From Escherichia coli (lineage in GTDB: Bacteria > Pseudomonadota > Gammaproteobacteria > Enterobacterales > Enterobacteriaceae): a DNA stretch of 64,000 nucleotides. Each line of letters opens with the position of its first letter. Positions within the stretch are counted from its first letter, which is position 1. This document shows, in pieces, positions 29,764 through 49,638 of the stretch. The notes beneath the pieces are model-generated. The model was not told the origin of the DNA. It worked only from the letters and a program-made list of their open reading frames with translations, and made no database searches. The position numbers were made by a program, and so were the translations under genes. Where the stretch lies: NCBI RefSeq assembly GCF_003334335.1, contig NZ_QOWQ01000003.1; one strand, given 5' to 3'.

Positions 29764-29792
29764 AACGCCGGAGATTTTTCTCTCCGGCGTTA
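29764..29792 (-). terminator. uidC terminator hairpin, a near-copy of the ydgA terminator.
   Basis: ACGCCGGAGA-tttttc-TCTCCGGCGT lies directly after the uidC stop. On the plus strand it is followed by TATTTTTT. Confidence 0.6.
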
Positions 29793-29796
29793 TTTT

Positions 29797-31062
29797 TTAC
29801 TTCAGCATAAAGTCATACTGAATACTCATTTTCACATCCCAGTAATTCAGGCGATCGCCCAGCGTACTGCCATCGCGCTTTTCCCGCCCTTTATCGGCAG
29901 CAAGAAAGAAATTCATCCCTTGTAACGGCCCTTCGCTGACCCGATAGTTCATACCACCTAAGATACCCGTGCCTTCAATCCGCACATCTCGTTTACTGGA
30001 TTCATAGCCGCGAGTCACAATCGGTGCAAATGTCAGCGTAAATTGCGGCGTTAAACGATAGTTGACGCCCAATTGCCAGGACTGCATTCCTTCACGGTTA
30101 CGATCAAGACTTAATGAAAAGGGATAGCCAATGTCGGTATCCACCACGGCACCATTCATTGCATGGCGCAAATAACCACCACTGCCAAATACACTTCCCC
30201 ACGGCGCATTCCAGGTCAATTGTCCACTAACCAACGCCGTTTCATTGGGCTGGCTGGTATTACGACTTAAACCTTCGAGCTGCGCGTAAAAGCCGAGCAA
30301 CTCCCCTTTCAACGTATAATTCGGGTCGAGCGGTATGCTTTTCTCGAGAATACTTTGTATCTGATTGGAAACATCTTTCTGTACCGATGCCCCCAGAGAA
30401 TAGCGACTGGTATCATCATGCCAACTGGCGGCTAAAAAAGAACGTGCGCGATGTTTATCGTATTTTCCCGTCTGGCTGTTATACACCCCTTCATCACGAA
30501 TACCGGTTGTTGAATCAGTCCATAAAAATACTCGTGAACGCCACATTCCCCACAGATCAATATTTGGTGTTAAAGCCCAATAACCTAATGCTCCTTCAGA
30601 AACTGTCGGTAATGTACGTTGCGAACTGCCAGCCATTAACGGAATACGATAAGGTAAGCTACCATAACTATAATCCGTCCCGAAGCGACCTAATTTAAGC
30701 AGGCTATTTTCACTGGGTTTTATTTTTACTGCCCCCAGGGCAAAGCCAAAACTTTTATCACCATCAAGATACCACCGGGTACTCATATCAGCACGAGCAC
30801 CTAATTTATAAACATAATACGCCCCGCCTTCAACGCCAATAATATTGGAATAATAACCACTATTGAAATCGAGCAATCCTCCCTGTACCCATGCGTAAAT
30901 ATCTCTTCCCGCGCCAGCACTGGGCTTATCCGCCCTGCGCAATTCGTTTTTCAGTCTGATGCGTAGTCCCGCTTCATCGTCAGCCAGTTGCGCCGCATAA
31001 GCAGAGGTAAGGCCAGAGGCAGCCGTCAGGCAAATAACGGCCATGGCCACTATTTTTCTCAT
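29797..31062 (-). CDS. uidC: Outer membrane porin for glucuronides.
   Basis: 421 aa with a signal peptide. Matches K-12 UidC (GusC). Confidence 0.94.
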   Translation of the reverse strand: MRKIVAMAVICLTAASGLTSAYAAQLADDEAGLRIRLKNELRRADKPSAGAGRDIYAWVQGGLLDFNSGYYSNIIGVEGGAYYVYKLGARADMSTRWYLDGDKSFGFALGAVKIKPSENSLLKLGRFGTDYSYGSLPYRIPLMAGSSQRTLPTVSEGALGYWALTPNIDLWGMWRSRVFLWTDSTTGIRDEGVYNSQTGKYDKHRARSFLAASWHDDTSRYSLGASVQKDVSNQIQSILEKSIPLDPNYTLKGELLGFYAQLEGLSRNTSQPNETALVSGQLTWNAPWGSVFGSGGYLRHAMNGAVVDTDIGYPFSLSLDRNREGMQSWQLGVNYRLTPQFTLTFAPIVTRGYESSKRDVRIEGTGILGGMNYRVSEGPLQGMNFFLAADKGREKRDGSTLGDRLNYWDVKMSIQYDFMLK

Positions 31063-31100
31063 AGTTGCACCTTTGATGTTCTGATTATTTTTATTGAATA

Positions 31101-34333
<3,233 letters not shown>

Positions 34334-34672
34334 TTAACCAATTCTGTGTTGCACACAGTTATCTGTGAGAAACCCATGGAAGAGAAATGGAAATAAAAAG
34401 AACTGACACCGCGATCAAAAAACCAAAAACTGCAATACCCACAGCGTGATATAGATCGCATTAATCTTTAAAACAGCGTTGACAGAAGCCATAAAATAAG
34501 CAACCGAACGTTCGTTCGAGCGTATTGGGAACGATAAACTCTCATGACATATGGCTACAGTGAATATTTTGGGGGGAATTCTCCGAAGCCGGGAAGGATA
34601 ATTTTTGCACAGAGAAATTACGATATGAAACGCGGGCACAGTTATCACCAGCCCGCCGAAAAAGAGAGAGAA

Positions 34673-35263
34673 TCAGGATGCGGTTAAGATACCGCCAATC
34701 ATCGCGCGTAATCCCTGAGCAAACGACGCTTCACGCGCCAGGTCTTCCGCTTCGATATCGGCCAGTACACCGTAGGTCAGATCCAGCAGTAAACGTGAAG
34801 TCATTGCCGTGTTGATGTCTGGGCTTATCTCGCCTTTTTGCTGGGCATCACGCATCCGCTGGGCAACAAATTCCGTGATCGTCATATGCTTATTTTTAAG
34901 CATGGCGGCGACCTGTGGGTTACGCATCCCTTCCGCCATAATTTCAACCACCAGCGCCCGTTGTCCAAAGGCTTCATGGGTGAGAGAGACAATGGACTCG
35001 ACCATATAGTCAACGAAATGAATCCCTTCAATCGGTTCCCGGAAACGGGCCAGCGCCCTCTCCTGGTCCTGTAAGATAATCGCCTGAATCAAGGCTTCTT
35101 TGGAGATGAAATGGTGATAGAGCGTCCCGGGACTAATGGCGCAAGATTTACAGATGGCTTTCATCGAGGCACTGTGAAATCCATTTTCTGAAAAAATCTC
35201 TCTGGCAGCATTGAGGATCCGGGTCCGTGTCGGTTGTGCTTCAGTCTGCATGTTATCCATCAT
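34673..35263 (-). CDS. uidR: TetR-family repressor of the uid operon.
   Basis: 196 aa. Matches K-12 UidR. Confidence 0.95.
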   Translation of the reverse strand: MMDNMQTEAQPTRTRILNAAREIFSENGFHSASMKAICKSCAISPGTLYHHFISKEALIQAIILQDQERALARFREPIEGIHFVDYMVESIVSLTHEAFGQRALVVEIMAEGMRNPQVAAMLKNKHMTITEFVAQRMRDAQQKGEISPDINTAMTSRLLLDLTYGVLADIEAEDLAREASFAQGLRAMIGGILTAS

Positions 35264-35483
35264 TAAACCATTATAGTTAGCGTGAATAACTAGTTTACCG
35301 CGTTGTCAGGTGAGCGCCTATCATTGCTGTTGAATAGTGCGAAGGCACACTCTATTCGTATACTTTTCACTCTGAAATTGGTTAACCAATAGCCGTGATT
35401 TGGCTGCCAGTTATTTAGCAGAGACGTTGATGAGTTTATCCCGGTAAACAACACGCACGGTTGTTTACCGGTCCGTTAGTGTA

Positions 35484-36251
35484 TTAATTGAGCTCCTGTA
35501 CCCCACCACCGGAGACGGTGAGAATTTGTCCGCTTACCCAGCTCGCAGCAGGCGAGCAAAGGAACAGCGCTGCGTTAGCAATATCTTGCGGTTGGCCCAG
35601 ACGTCTGATCGGCGTGTGCTGTAACATTTTTTGTTCAATTTCTGGTGTAATAACGGATTTCAGGGCATCGGTTAATATTGCCCCCGGCGCAATGCCATTT
35701 ACCCGAATATTTTTTTCACCCAGGTCAAACGCCATATTTCTGACCAGATGACTGGCCGCAGCTTTAGATGATGCATAGGAAGTCATGTTTATATTTTTAT
35801 TTTCTGCCGCCATAGAAGTGATGGTCAGAATAACGCCACCGCCATTTTTTTCCATTTCTGGCGCAACAAGTTGTGACAGATGGAAAAAAGAAAACACATT
35901 CAGTTCATAAGCACGGCGAAAATCCGCCATTGGCATATCAAACGGTTTAGGTCCACCGCCACCGGCGTTGTTAACCAGAATATCAACTTTACCCAGCTTA
36001 CTGATAGCAAAGTCTGCCAGTGCAGAGAGTTCCTGTTCGGAAGTAATATCACAACGGCAGGCAAATGCCTGACCACCCAGTTGTTGAATTTCGTCTACAA
36101 CATGGTTAGCTGCGTCGGCGTTAATATCACTGACCACCACAGATGCGCCAGCTGTCGCGAATGTAATGGCGATTTCTTTACCAATACCTGCACCCGCACC
36201 TGTGATGATGGCGCATTTTCCGTCGAGTCTCAGGTTGTCAGAATTAAACAC
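35484..36251 (-). CDS. hdhA: 7-alpha-hydroxysteroid dehydrogenase (SDR).
   Basis: 255 aa with TGAGAGIG and YASSK motifs. Matches K-12 HdhA. Confidence 0.95.
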   Translation of the reverse strand: MFNSDNLRLDGKCAIITGAGAGIGKEIAITFATAGASVVVSDINADAANHVVDEIQQLGGQAFACRCDITSEQELSALADFAISKLGKVDILVNNAGGGGPKPFDMPMADFRRAYELNVFSFFHLSQLVAPEMEKNGGGVILTITSMAAENKNINMTSYASSKAAASHLVRNMAFDLGEKNIRVNGIAPGAILTDALKSVITPEIEQKMLQHTPIRRLGQPQDIANAALFLCSPAASWVSGQILTVSGGGVQELN

Positions 36252-36362
36252 ATAAACCTCCTGTGAACTTCAGTAAAAATAAAAGGCACCGCCTGTGTGC
36301 CACATTTTTTATCATTAACCTTGAGGAAAGGACACTACCAGGTATAGCAGATAAAGAGAGGA

Positions 36363-39158
<2,796 letters not shown>

Positions 39159-39167
39159 GGATAAGAT

Positions 39168-40340
39168 ATGTTCGATTTTTCAAAGGTCGTGGATCGTCAT
39201 GGCACATGGTGTACACAGTGGGATTATGTCGCTGACCGTTTCGGCACTGCTGACCTGTTACCGTTCACGATTTCAGACATGGATTTTGCCACTGCCCCCT
39301 GCATTATCGAGGCGCTGAATCAGCGCCTGATGCACGGCGTATTTGGCTACAGCCGCTGGAAAAACGATGAGTTTCTCGCGGCTATTGCCCACTGGTTTTC
39401 CACCCAGCATTACACCGCCATCGATTCTCAGACGGTGGTGTATGGCCCTTCTGTCATCTATATGGTTTCAGAACTGATTCGTCAGTGGTCTGAAACAGGT
39501 GAAGGCGTGGTGATCCACACACCCGCCTATGACGCATTTTACAAGGCCATTGAAGGTAACCAGCGCACAGTAATGCCCGTTGCTTTAGAGAAGCAGGCTG
39601 ATGGTTGGTTTTGCGATATGGGCAAGTTGGAAGCCGTGTTGGCGAAACCAGAATGTAAAATTATGCTCCTGTGTAGCCCACAGAATCCTACCGGGAAAGT
39701 GTGGACGTGCGATGAGCTGGAGATCATGGCTGACCTGTGCGAGCGTCATGGTGTGCGGGTTATTTCCGATGAAATCCATATGGATATGGTTTGGGGCGAG
39801 CAGCCGCATATTCCCTGGAGTAATGTGGCTCGCGGAGACTGGGCGTTGCTAACGTCGGGCTCGAAAAGTTTCAATATTCCCGCCCTGACCGGTGCTTACG
39901 GGATTATAGAAAATAGCAGTAGCCGCGATGCCTATTTATCGGCACTGAAAGGCCGTGATGGGCTTTCTTCCCCTTCGGTACTGGCGTTAACTGCCCATAT
40001 CGCCGCCTATCAGCAAGGCGCGCCGTGGCTGGATGCCTTACGCATCTATCTGAAAGATAACCTGACGTATATCGCAGATAAAATGAACGCCGCGTTTCCT
40101 GAACTCAACTGGCAGATCCCACAATCCACTTATCTGGCATGGCTTGATTTACGTCCGTTGAATATTGACGACAACGCGTTGCAAAAAGCACTTATCGAAC
40201 AAGAAAAAGTCGCGATCATGCCGGGGTATACCTACGGTGAAGAAGGTCGTGGTTTTGTCCGTCTCAATGCCGGCTGCCCACGTTCGAAACTGGAAAAAGG
40301 TGTGGCTGGATTAATTAACGCCATCCGCGCTGTTCGTTAA
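39168..40340 (+). CDS. malY: Bifunctional cystathionine beta-lyase / maltose regulon modulator MalY.
   Basis: 390 aa. Matches K-12 MalY. Confidence 0.96.
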   Translation: MFDFSKVVDRHGTWCTQWDYVADRFGTADLLPFTISDMDFATAPCIIEALNQRLMHGVFGYSRWKNDEFLAAIAHWFSTQHYTAIDSQTVVYGPSVIYMVSELIRQWSETGEGVVIHTPAYDAFYKAIEGNQRTVMPVALEKQADGWFCDMGKLEAVLAKPECKIMLLCSPQNPTGKVWTCDELEIMADLCERHGVRVISDEIHMDMVWGEQPHIPWSNVARGDWALLTSGSKSFNIPALTGAYGIIENSSSRDAYLSALKGRDGLSSPSVLALTAHIAAYQQGAPWLDALRIYLKDNLTYIADKMNAAFPELNWQIPQSTYLAWLDLRPLNIDDNALQKALIEQEKVAIMPGYTYGEEGRGFVRLNAGCPRSKLEKGVAGLINAIRAVR

Positions 40341-40443
40341 CCCCAATTGCGCAACGTAAAAAATCGTTGCGCAATCGTGGATTTTTACCCTGCTTTGTTT
40401 TTATAATGGTGCGCACTTTTATATCCAGAAAAAGAGTGCGACC

Positions 40444-41445
40444 ATGATTGATACCACCCTGCCATTAACTGATATCCATCGCCACCTTGATGGCAACATT
40501 CGTCCCCAGACCATTCTTGAACTTGGCCGCCAGTATAATATCTCGCTTCCTGCACAATCCCTGGAAACACTGATTCCCCACGTTCAGGTCATTGCCAACG
40601 AACCCGATCTGGTGAGCTTTCTGACCAAACTTGACTGGGGCGTTAAAGTTCTCGCCTCTCTTGATGCCTGTCGCCGCGTGGCATTTGAAAACATTGAAGA
40701 TGCAGCCCGTCACGGCCTGCACTATGTCGAGCTGCGTTTTTCACCAGGCTACATGGCAATGGCACATCAGCTGCCTGTAGCGGGTGTTGTCGAAGCGGTG
40801 ATCGATGGCGTACGTGAAGGTTGCCGCACCTTTGGTGTGCAGGCGAAGCTTATCGGCATTATGAGCCGGACCTTCGGCGAAGCCGCCTGTCAGCAAGAGC
40901 TGGAGGCCTTTTTAGCCCACCGTGACCAGATTACCGCACTTGATTTAGCCGGTGATGAACTTGGTTTCCCGGGAAGTCTGTTCCTTTCTCACTTCAACCG
41001 CGCGCGTGATGCGGGCTGGCATATTACCGTCCATGCAGGCGAAGCTGCCGGGCCGGAAAGCATCTGGCAGGCGATTCGTGAACTGGGTGCGGAGCGTATT
41101 GGACATGGCGTAAAAGCCATTGAAGATCGGGCGCTGATGGATTTTCTCGCCGAGCAACAAATTGGTATTGAATCCTGTCTGACCTCCAATATTCAGACCA
41201 GCACCGTAGCAGAGCTGGCTGCACATCCGCTGAAAACGTTCCTTGAGCATGGCATTCGTGCCAGCATTAACACTGACGATCCCGGCGTACAGGGAGTGGA
41301 TATCATTCACGAATATACCGTTGCCGCGCCAGCTGCTGGGTTATCCCGCGAGCAAATCCGCCAGGCACAGATTAATGGTCTGGAAATGGCTTTCCTCAGC
41401 GCTGAGGAAAAACGCGCACTGCGAGAAAAAGTCGCCGCGAAGTAA
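40444..41445 (+). CDS. add: Adenosine deaminase.
   Basis: 333 aa. Matches K-12 Add. Confidence 0.96.
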
Positions 41446-41446
41446 C

Positions 41447-41478
41447 AAAATGGATGGTGCAAATGCACCATCCATTTT
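41447..41478. terminator. Bidirectional terminator between add and ydgJ.
   Basis: AAATGGATGGTGCA/TGCACCATCCATTT long inverted repeat, with an A-run before and a T-run after. Confidence 0.8.
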
Positions 41479-42519
41479 TCATGCAAGGCACAAAGTCGCG
41501 CGATGTTTGGCGGATTCGATGCCCAGCTCAATCAACTCCATTACCTGGATTGCCTGGCTTGCCGGAACCGGATTTTCACCATCGCCATTTAACGCATCAC
41601 GAATAGCCGCATAGTAAGCCGGATAATTCCCAGGCACCGTCAACAGCGTTTCTTCGACACGTTCCTCACCTTCCACGCGGGTAAGTACGCCATCACGCAT
41701 ATCGTAGCCCCAGTCTTCCTGCGGTAGACGCTCGCCATTTTTCAGACGTTCTTCCTGTGGATCGAGGCCATATTTCACATAACTGCCTCGGGATCCATGC
41801 ACGATATACCGTGCTGACTCAGCGGCTGCCAGCATGGTACCGTGTAAAATGACTCGCCGCTGTGGATAGGACAAGATGGCGTGGAAATAATCGGTCGACT
41901 GCGCTCCGGGCCGTAACTGTGCCAAATCTACCGTCATGCTGACCGGTAAACCAAAAAGCGTAATGGCCTGATCAAGAAGATGTGGTGCTAAATCGTACCA
42001 GATACCGCTGCCTGGGCCGCCCTGTTCACGCCAACGATCGCGCACCTGCGGACGGAAGCGGTCAAAATGAGACTCAAAGTAAGCAACTTCACCCAGCACG
42101 CCTTCCGCGAGTAAACCTTTTAGCGTCAAGAAATCGCTATCCCAGCGACGGTTATGGAATACAGACAGCACACGCCCCAGGCTTTTTGCCAGCGCATCCA
42201 GCTCTCGCGCTTGTGACAGTGTCACGGTAAAGGGTTTATCAACGACCACATGTTTACCCGCCTCAAGCGCCGCTTTGGCTAACGGTAAATGGGTATCGTT
42301 GGGTGTAGGAATGACAATCAGGTCTATGTTGGGATCGTTAAACAGATGCTTCGGCTCAGAGACAACCGTAACCGTTGGCCAGTCGGCTTTTACTTTTGTT
42401 TCATCACTGCTGGAGATTACCGCCAGTTCCAGCCCGGGCGTGCCCGCAATCAGGGGCGCATGGAAGGTTTTGCTCGCATAACCATACCCAATCAACCCAA
42501 CACGGATGTTGTCGCTCAT
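41479..42519 (-). CDS. ydgJ: Gfo/Idh/MocA-family oxidoreductase YdgJ.
   Basis: The known start MSDNIRVGLIGYGY is at 42519 (346 aa). The track ORF is 13 codons longer. Confidence 0.93.
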   Translation of the reverse strand: MSDNIRVGLIGYGYASKTFHAPLIAGTPGLELAVISSSDETKVKADWPTVTVVSEPKHLFNDPNIDLIVIPTPNDTHLPLAKAALEAGKHVVVDKPFTVTLSQARELDALAKSLGRVLSVFHNRRWDSDFLTLKGLLAEGVLGEVAYFESHFDRFRPQVRDRWREQGGPGSGIWYDLAPHLLDQAITLFGLPVSMTVDLAQLRPGAQSTDYFHAILSYPQRRVILHGTMLAAAESARYIVHGSRGSYVKYGLDPQEERLKNGERLPQEDWGYDMRDGVLTRVEGEERVEETLLTVPGNYPAYYAAIRDALNGDGENPVPASQAIQVMELIELGIESAKHRATLCLA

Positions 42520-42761
42520 GTCATTGCCTCTCATTGAAGTATGATGGCTATTTGACACTATCCTTTACCCACGCTCAACAGTTTAATAACCTGCCAGCAA
42601 TAAGGGATGTTGTTTAACTTAAGTCAAAAAAATAGCGAATTTTCCAACGACAAAAGCTAAATATCGCAAAAACCTCAGTAAAAATCTTGCTGGAGCTATT
42701 ATTGCTAAGTAACATTTACCCCCTGAAGTTAATGGATCAATCAAGAGAGATGTGGGCTGTA

Positions 42762-42887
42762 ATGAATCGTCTTATTGAATTAACAGGTTGGATCGTTCTT
42801 GTCGTTTCAGTCATTCTTCTTGGCGTGGCGAGTCACATTGACAACTATCAGCCACCTGAACAGAGTGCTTCGGTACAACACAAGTAA
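42762..42887 (+). CDS. blr: Small membrane protein Blr (41 aa; beta-lactam resistance / divisome-associated).
   Basis: MNRLIELTGWIVLVVSVILLGVASHIDNYQPPEQSASVQHK within track ORF 42687..42887. Matches K-12 Blr. Confidence 0.85.
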   Translation: MNRLIELTGWIVLVVSVILLGVASHIDNYQPPEQSASVQHK

Positions 42888-43159
42888 GCTCTGCACTTGT
42901 GGAGCGACATGCTGCCCGTCCGGGTGCATGTTTTCACTTGTCGGATATTAAACCAGGAATTTATTATCTTGTTCGATGTTGTTGGTGATTGTCAGGGATA
43001 GTAAAGCGCGTTACTCTTTTCAGAGCAGTTTTTCATCCCTGAATATTTGCCATCAGCGCATTCTTATTATTGTAATAACACAAGCGTTCACTTTTGGTGA
43101 AATTTTATCATCACTAATAATACCTACCCCTTTGGTATTAATTATTTTATGGACCTTTT

Positions 43160-43375
43160 ATGACTGTTCAGGACTACTTATTAAAATTTCGCAAAATCAG
43201 TTCACTCGAAAGTCTGGAAAAACTCTACGACCATCTTAATTACACCCTGACGGACGATCAGGAACTGATCAATATGTATCGTGCTGCCGATCACCGTCGC
43301 GCAGAGCTGGTTTCTGGCGGGCGTTTGTTTGACCTCGGCCAGGTACCGAAGTCCGTCTGGCACTATGTCCAATAA
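43160..43375 (+). CDS. cnu: Hha-family nucleoid-associated protein Cnu (YdgT).
   Basis: 71 aa. Matches K-12 Cnu. Confidence 0.93.
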
Positions 43376-43460
43376 AGAAAGTAGCGATCGGTTATAAAAG
43401 CCTTATAATAACGCCCCTAAAATTAGATTTGCCTGTTTGCGTCGCTATTCTGGAGAACCT

Positions 43461-43901
43461 ATGACCACCACAACGCCACAACGTATTGGAGGCTGGTTGC
43501 TTGGCCCGTTGGCCTGGCTTTTAGTCGCTCTGTTGAGTACGACGCTGGCGTTGTTGCTGTATACCGCTGCGTTATCTTCTCCGCAAACATTTCAAACGCT
43601 CGGCGGACAAGCACTGACGACACAAATCTTATGGGGCGTTTCTTTTATTACCGCTATCGCCTTGTGGTATTACACACTGTGGTTGACCATCGCTTTCTTT
43701 AAACGTCGGCGTTGTGTTCCTAAACACTATATTATCTGGCTGCTTATTTCCGTATTGCTGGCAGTAAAAGCATTCGCTTTTTCACCCGTGGAAGATGGCA
43801 TAGCCGTTCGCCAGTTGCTGTTTACTTTGTTGGCAACCGCATTGATCGTCCCCTATTTCAAACGCTCGTCGCGGGTAAAAGCGACGTTTGTGAATCCGTA
43901 A
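43461..43901 (+). CDS. ydgK: Inner membrane protein YdgK (DUF2569).
   Basis: Start at MTTTTPQRIGGW (146 aa). Matches K-12 YdgK. Confidence 0.9.
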   Translation: MTTTTPQRIGGWLLGPLAWLLVALLSTTLALLLYTAALSSPQTFQTLGGQALTTQILWGVSFITAIALWYYTLWLTIAFFKRRRCVPKHYIIWLLISVLLAVKAFAFSPVEDGIAVRQLLFTLLATALIVPYFKRSSRVKATFVNP

Positions 43902-43977
43902 TAACCTTACAGTTAACCTGTTGTCGCCTGCTCTGGATTAACGGATAATAGGCGGCTTTTTTATTTCAGGCCGAAAA

Positions 43978-44558
43978 ATGACTGACTACCTGTTACTGTT
44001 TGTCGGAACTGTACTGGTCAATAACTTTGTACTGGTCAAGTTTCTCGGTCTCTGTCCGTTTATGGGGGTTTCCAAAAAACTGGAAACCGCGATGGGCATG
44101 GGGCTGGCAACAACGTTTGTGATGACGCTGGCGTCTATTTGCGCCTGGCTTATCGATACGTGGATTTTGATCCCACTTAATCTGATTTACCTGCGCACCC
44201 TGGCATTTATTCTGGTGATTGCTGTGGTCGTGCAGTTCACCGAGATGGTGGTGCGCAAAACCAGCCCGGTGCTTTACCGTCTGCTGGGGATTTTTTTGCC
44301 GCTTATCACCACCAACTGTGCAGTGCTCGGCGTGGCGTTGCTGAATATCAATCTCGGGCACAATTTCTTGCAGTCGGCGCTGTACGGTTTTTCCGCCGCT
44401 GTCGGTTTCTCGCTGGTGATGGTGCTCTTCGCCGCCATCCGCGAACGCCTTGCTGTGGCTGATGTCCCGGCACCTTTTCGCGGTAATGCCATTGCGTTAA
44501 TTACCGCAGGTCTTATGTCTCTGGCCTTTATGGGCTTTAGTGGTTTGGTGAAGTTGTA

Positions 44559-44559
<1 letters not shown>
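43978..44559 (+). CDS. rsxA: Rnf-type ion-translocating oxidoreductase (SoxR-reducing complex) subunit A.
   Basis: 193 aa. Matches K-12 RsxA. Confidence 0.96.
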
Positions 44560-47256
<2,697 letters not shown>

Positions 47257-48315
47257 ATGGTATTCAGAATAGCTAGCTCCCCTTATACCCATAACCAGCG
47301 CCAGACATCGCGCATTATGCTGTTGGTGTTGCTCGCAGCCGTGCCAGGAATCGCAGCGCAACTGTGGTTTTTTGGTTGGGGTACTCTCGTTCAGATCCTG
47401 TTGGCATCGGTTAGTGCTCTGTTAGCCGAAGCTCTCGTACTCAAACTACGCAAGCAGTCGGTAGCCGCAACGTTGAAAGATAACTCAGCATTGCTGACAG
47501 GCTTATTGCTGGCGGTAAGTATTCCCCCCCTCGCGCCATGGTGGATGGTCGTGCTGGGTACGGTGTTTGCGGTGATCATCGCTAAACAGTTGTATGGCGG
47601 TCTGGGACAAAACCCGTTTAATCCGGCAATGATTGGTTATGTGGTCTTACTGATCTCCTTCCCCGTGCAGATGACCAGCTGGTTACCGCCACATGAAATT
47701 GCGGTCAACATCCCTGGTTTTATCGACGCCATCCAGGTTATTTTTAGCGGTCATACCGCCAGTGGTGGTGATATGAACACACTACGCTTAGGTATTGATG
47801 GCATTAGTCAGGCGACACCGCTGGATACATTTAAAACCTCTGTCCGTGCCGGTCATTCGGTTGAACAGATTATGCAATATCCGATCTACAGCGGTATTCT
47901 GGCGGGCGCTGGTTGGCAATGGGTAAATCTCGCCTGGCTGGCTGGCGGCGTATGGTTGCTATGGCAGAAAGCGATTCGCTGGCATATTCCCCTCAGCTTC
48001 TTAGTAACGCTGGCGTTATGCGCAATGTTGGGCTGGTTGTTCTCACCAGAAACACTGGCAGCACCGCAAATTCATCTGCTGTCTGGAGCGACCATGCTCG
48101 GCGCATTCTTTATTTTGACTGACCCGGTTACCGCTTCTACGACCAATCGTGGTCGTCTTATTTTCGGCGCGCTTGCGGGCTTATTAGTCTGGTTGATCCG
48201 CAGTTTCGGCGGCTATCCTGACGGCGTGGCTTTTGCCGTCCTGCTGGCGAACATCACGGTTCCTCTGATCGATTACTACACGCGTCCGCGCGTCTACGGC
48301 CATCGCAAAGGGTAA
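47257..48315 (+). CDS. rsxD: Rsx complex subunit D.
   Basis: 352 aa. Matches K-12 RsxD. Confidence 0.96.
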   Translation: MVFRIASSPYTHNQRQTSRIMLLVLLAAVPGIAAQLWFFGWGTLVQILLASVSALLAEALVLKLRKQSVAATLKDNSALLTGLLLAVSIPPLAPWWMVVLGTVFAVIIAKQLYGGLGQNPFNPAMIGYVVLLISFPVQMTSWLPPHEIAVNIPGFIDAIQVIFSGHTASGGDMNTLRLGIDGISQATPLDTFKTSVRAGHSVEQIMQYPIYSGILAGAGWQWVNLAWLAGGVWLLWQKAIRWHIPLSFLVTLALCAMLGWLFSPETLAAPQIHLLSGATMLGAFFILTDPVTASTTNRGRLIFGALAGLLVWLIRSFGGYPDGVAFAVLLANITVPLIDYYTRPRVYGHRKG

Positions 48316-48318
48316 ACC

Positions 48319-48939
48319 ATGCTGAAAACTATCCGAAAACACGGCATTACGTTGGCGCTATTTGCAGCGGGTTCAACAGGGTTAACTGCGGCCATCAACC
48401 AGATGACCAAAACGACGATTGCTGAACAGGCCAGTCTGCAACAAAAGGCGTTATTTGATCAGGTGCTGCCAGCCGAACGCTATAACAATGCGCTGGCACA
48501 GAGTTGCTATCTGGTAACTGCGCCAGAGTTAGGTAAAGGTGAGCATCGGGTTTACATCGCCAAACAGGATGACAAACCGGTAGCCGCCGTTCTGGAAGCA
48601 ACCGCGCCAGATGGCTATTCCGGTGCGATTCAGCTGCTGGTGGGAGCCGATTTTAACGGCACGGTACTTGGCACGCGCGTGACAGAGCACCACGAAACGC
48701 CAGGGCTTGGCGATAAAATCGAACTGCGCCTTTCTGACTGGATCACCCATTTTGCGGGTAAAAAAATCAGTGGTGCAGATGATGCGCACTGGGCGGTGAA
48801 GAAAGATGGTGGTGATTTCGACCAGTTCACCGGCGCGACGATTACTCCCCGCGCGGTGGTTAATGCGGTAAAACGCGCCGGATTGTACGCTCAGACGTTA
48901 CCGGCACAACTTTCTCAACTTCCTGCCTGTGGAGAATAA
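48319..48939 (+). CDS. rsxG: Rsx complex subunit G.
   Basis: 206 aa. Matches K-12 RsxG. Confidence 0.96.
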   Translation: MLKTIRKHGITLALFAAGSTGLTAAINQMTKTTIAEQASLQQKALFDQVLPAERYNNALAQSCYLVTAPELGKGEHRVYIAKQDDKPVAAVLEATAPDGYSGAIQLLVGADFNGTVLGTRVTEHHETPGLGDKIELRLSDWITHFAGKKISGADDAHWAVKKDGGDFDQFTGATITPRAVVNAVKRAGLYAQTLPAQLSQLPACGE

Positions 48940-48942
48940 AGC

Positions 48943-49638
48943 GTGAGCGAAATTAAAGACGTTATTGTTCAGGGGTTGTGGAAAAACAACTCTGCGCTGG
49001 TCCAGTTGCTCGGCCTTTGTCCTCTGTTGGCGGTCACGTCCACTGCCACTAACGCTCTGGGTTTAGGACTTGCGACTACGCTGGTACTGACGCTGACCAA
49101 CCTGACCATTTCGACGCTGCGTCACTGGACGCCAGCCGAGATCCGCATTCCCATTTACGTGATGATCATCGCCTCGGTGGTCAGCGCTGTACAGATGCTG
49201 ATCAACGCCTACGCCTTTGGCCTGTATCAATCATTAGGGATTTTTATTCCGCTGATTGTCACTAACTGTATCGTTGTGGGCCGCGCTGAAGCCTTCGCCG
49301 CCAAAAAAGGTCCGGCGCTTTCGGCACTGGACGGCTTTTCAATTGGTATGGGCGCAACCTGCGCCATGTTCGTGCTGGGTTCACTACGCGAAATTATCGG
49401 CAATGGCACATTGTTTGACGGTGCAGATGCGCTGTTAGGTAGCTGGGCAAAAGTATTACGCGTGGAGATTTTCCACACCGACTCCCCTTTCCTGCTGGCG
49501 ATGCTGCCACCAGGTGCATTTATTGGCCTGGGACTGATGCTGGCAGGAAAATACCTGATTGATGAAAGAATGAAAAAGCGCCGTGCTGAAGCAGCTGCAG
49601 AACGTGCATTGCCAAACGGTGAAACAGGGAATGTCTGA
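48943..49638 (+). CDS. rsxE: Rsx complex subunit E.
   Basis: 231 aa. Matches K-12 RsxE. Confidence 0.96.
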   Translation: MSEIKDVIVQGLWKNNSALVQLLGLCPLLAVTSTATNALGLGLATTLVLTLTNLTISTLRHWTPAEIRIPIYVMIIASVVSAVQMLINAYAFGLYQSLGIFIPLIVTNCIVVGRAEAFAAKKGPALSALDGFSIGMGATCAMFVLGSLREIIGNGTLFDGADALLGSWAKVLRVEIFHTDSPFLLAMLPPGAFIGLGLMLAGKYLIDERMKKRRAEAAAERALPNGETGNV

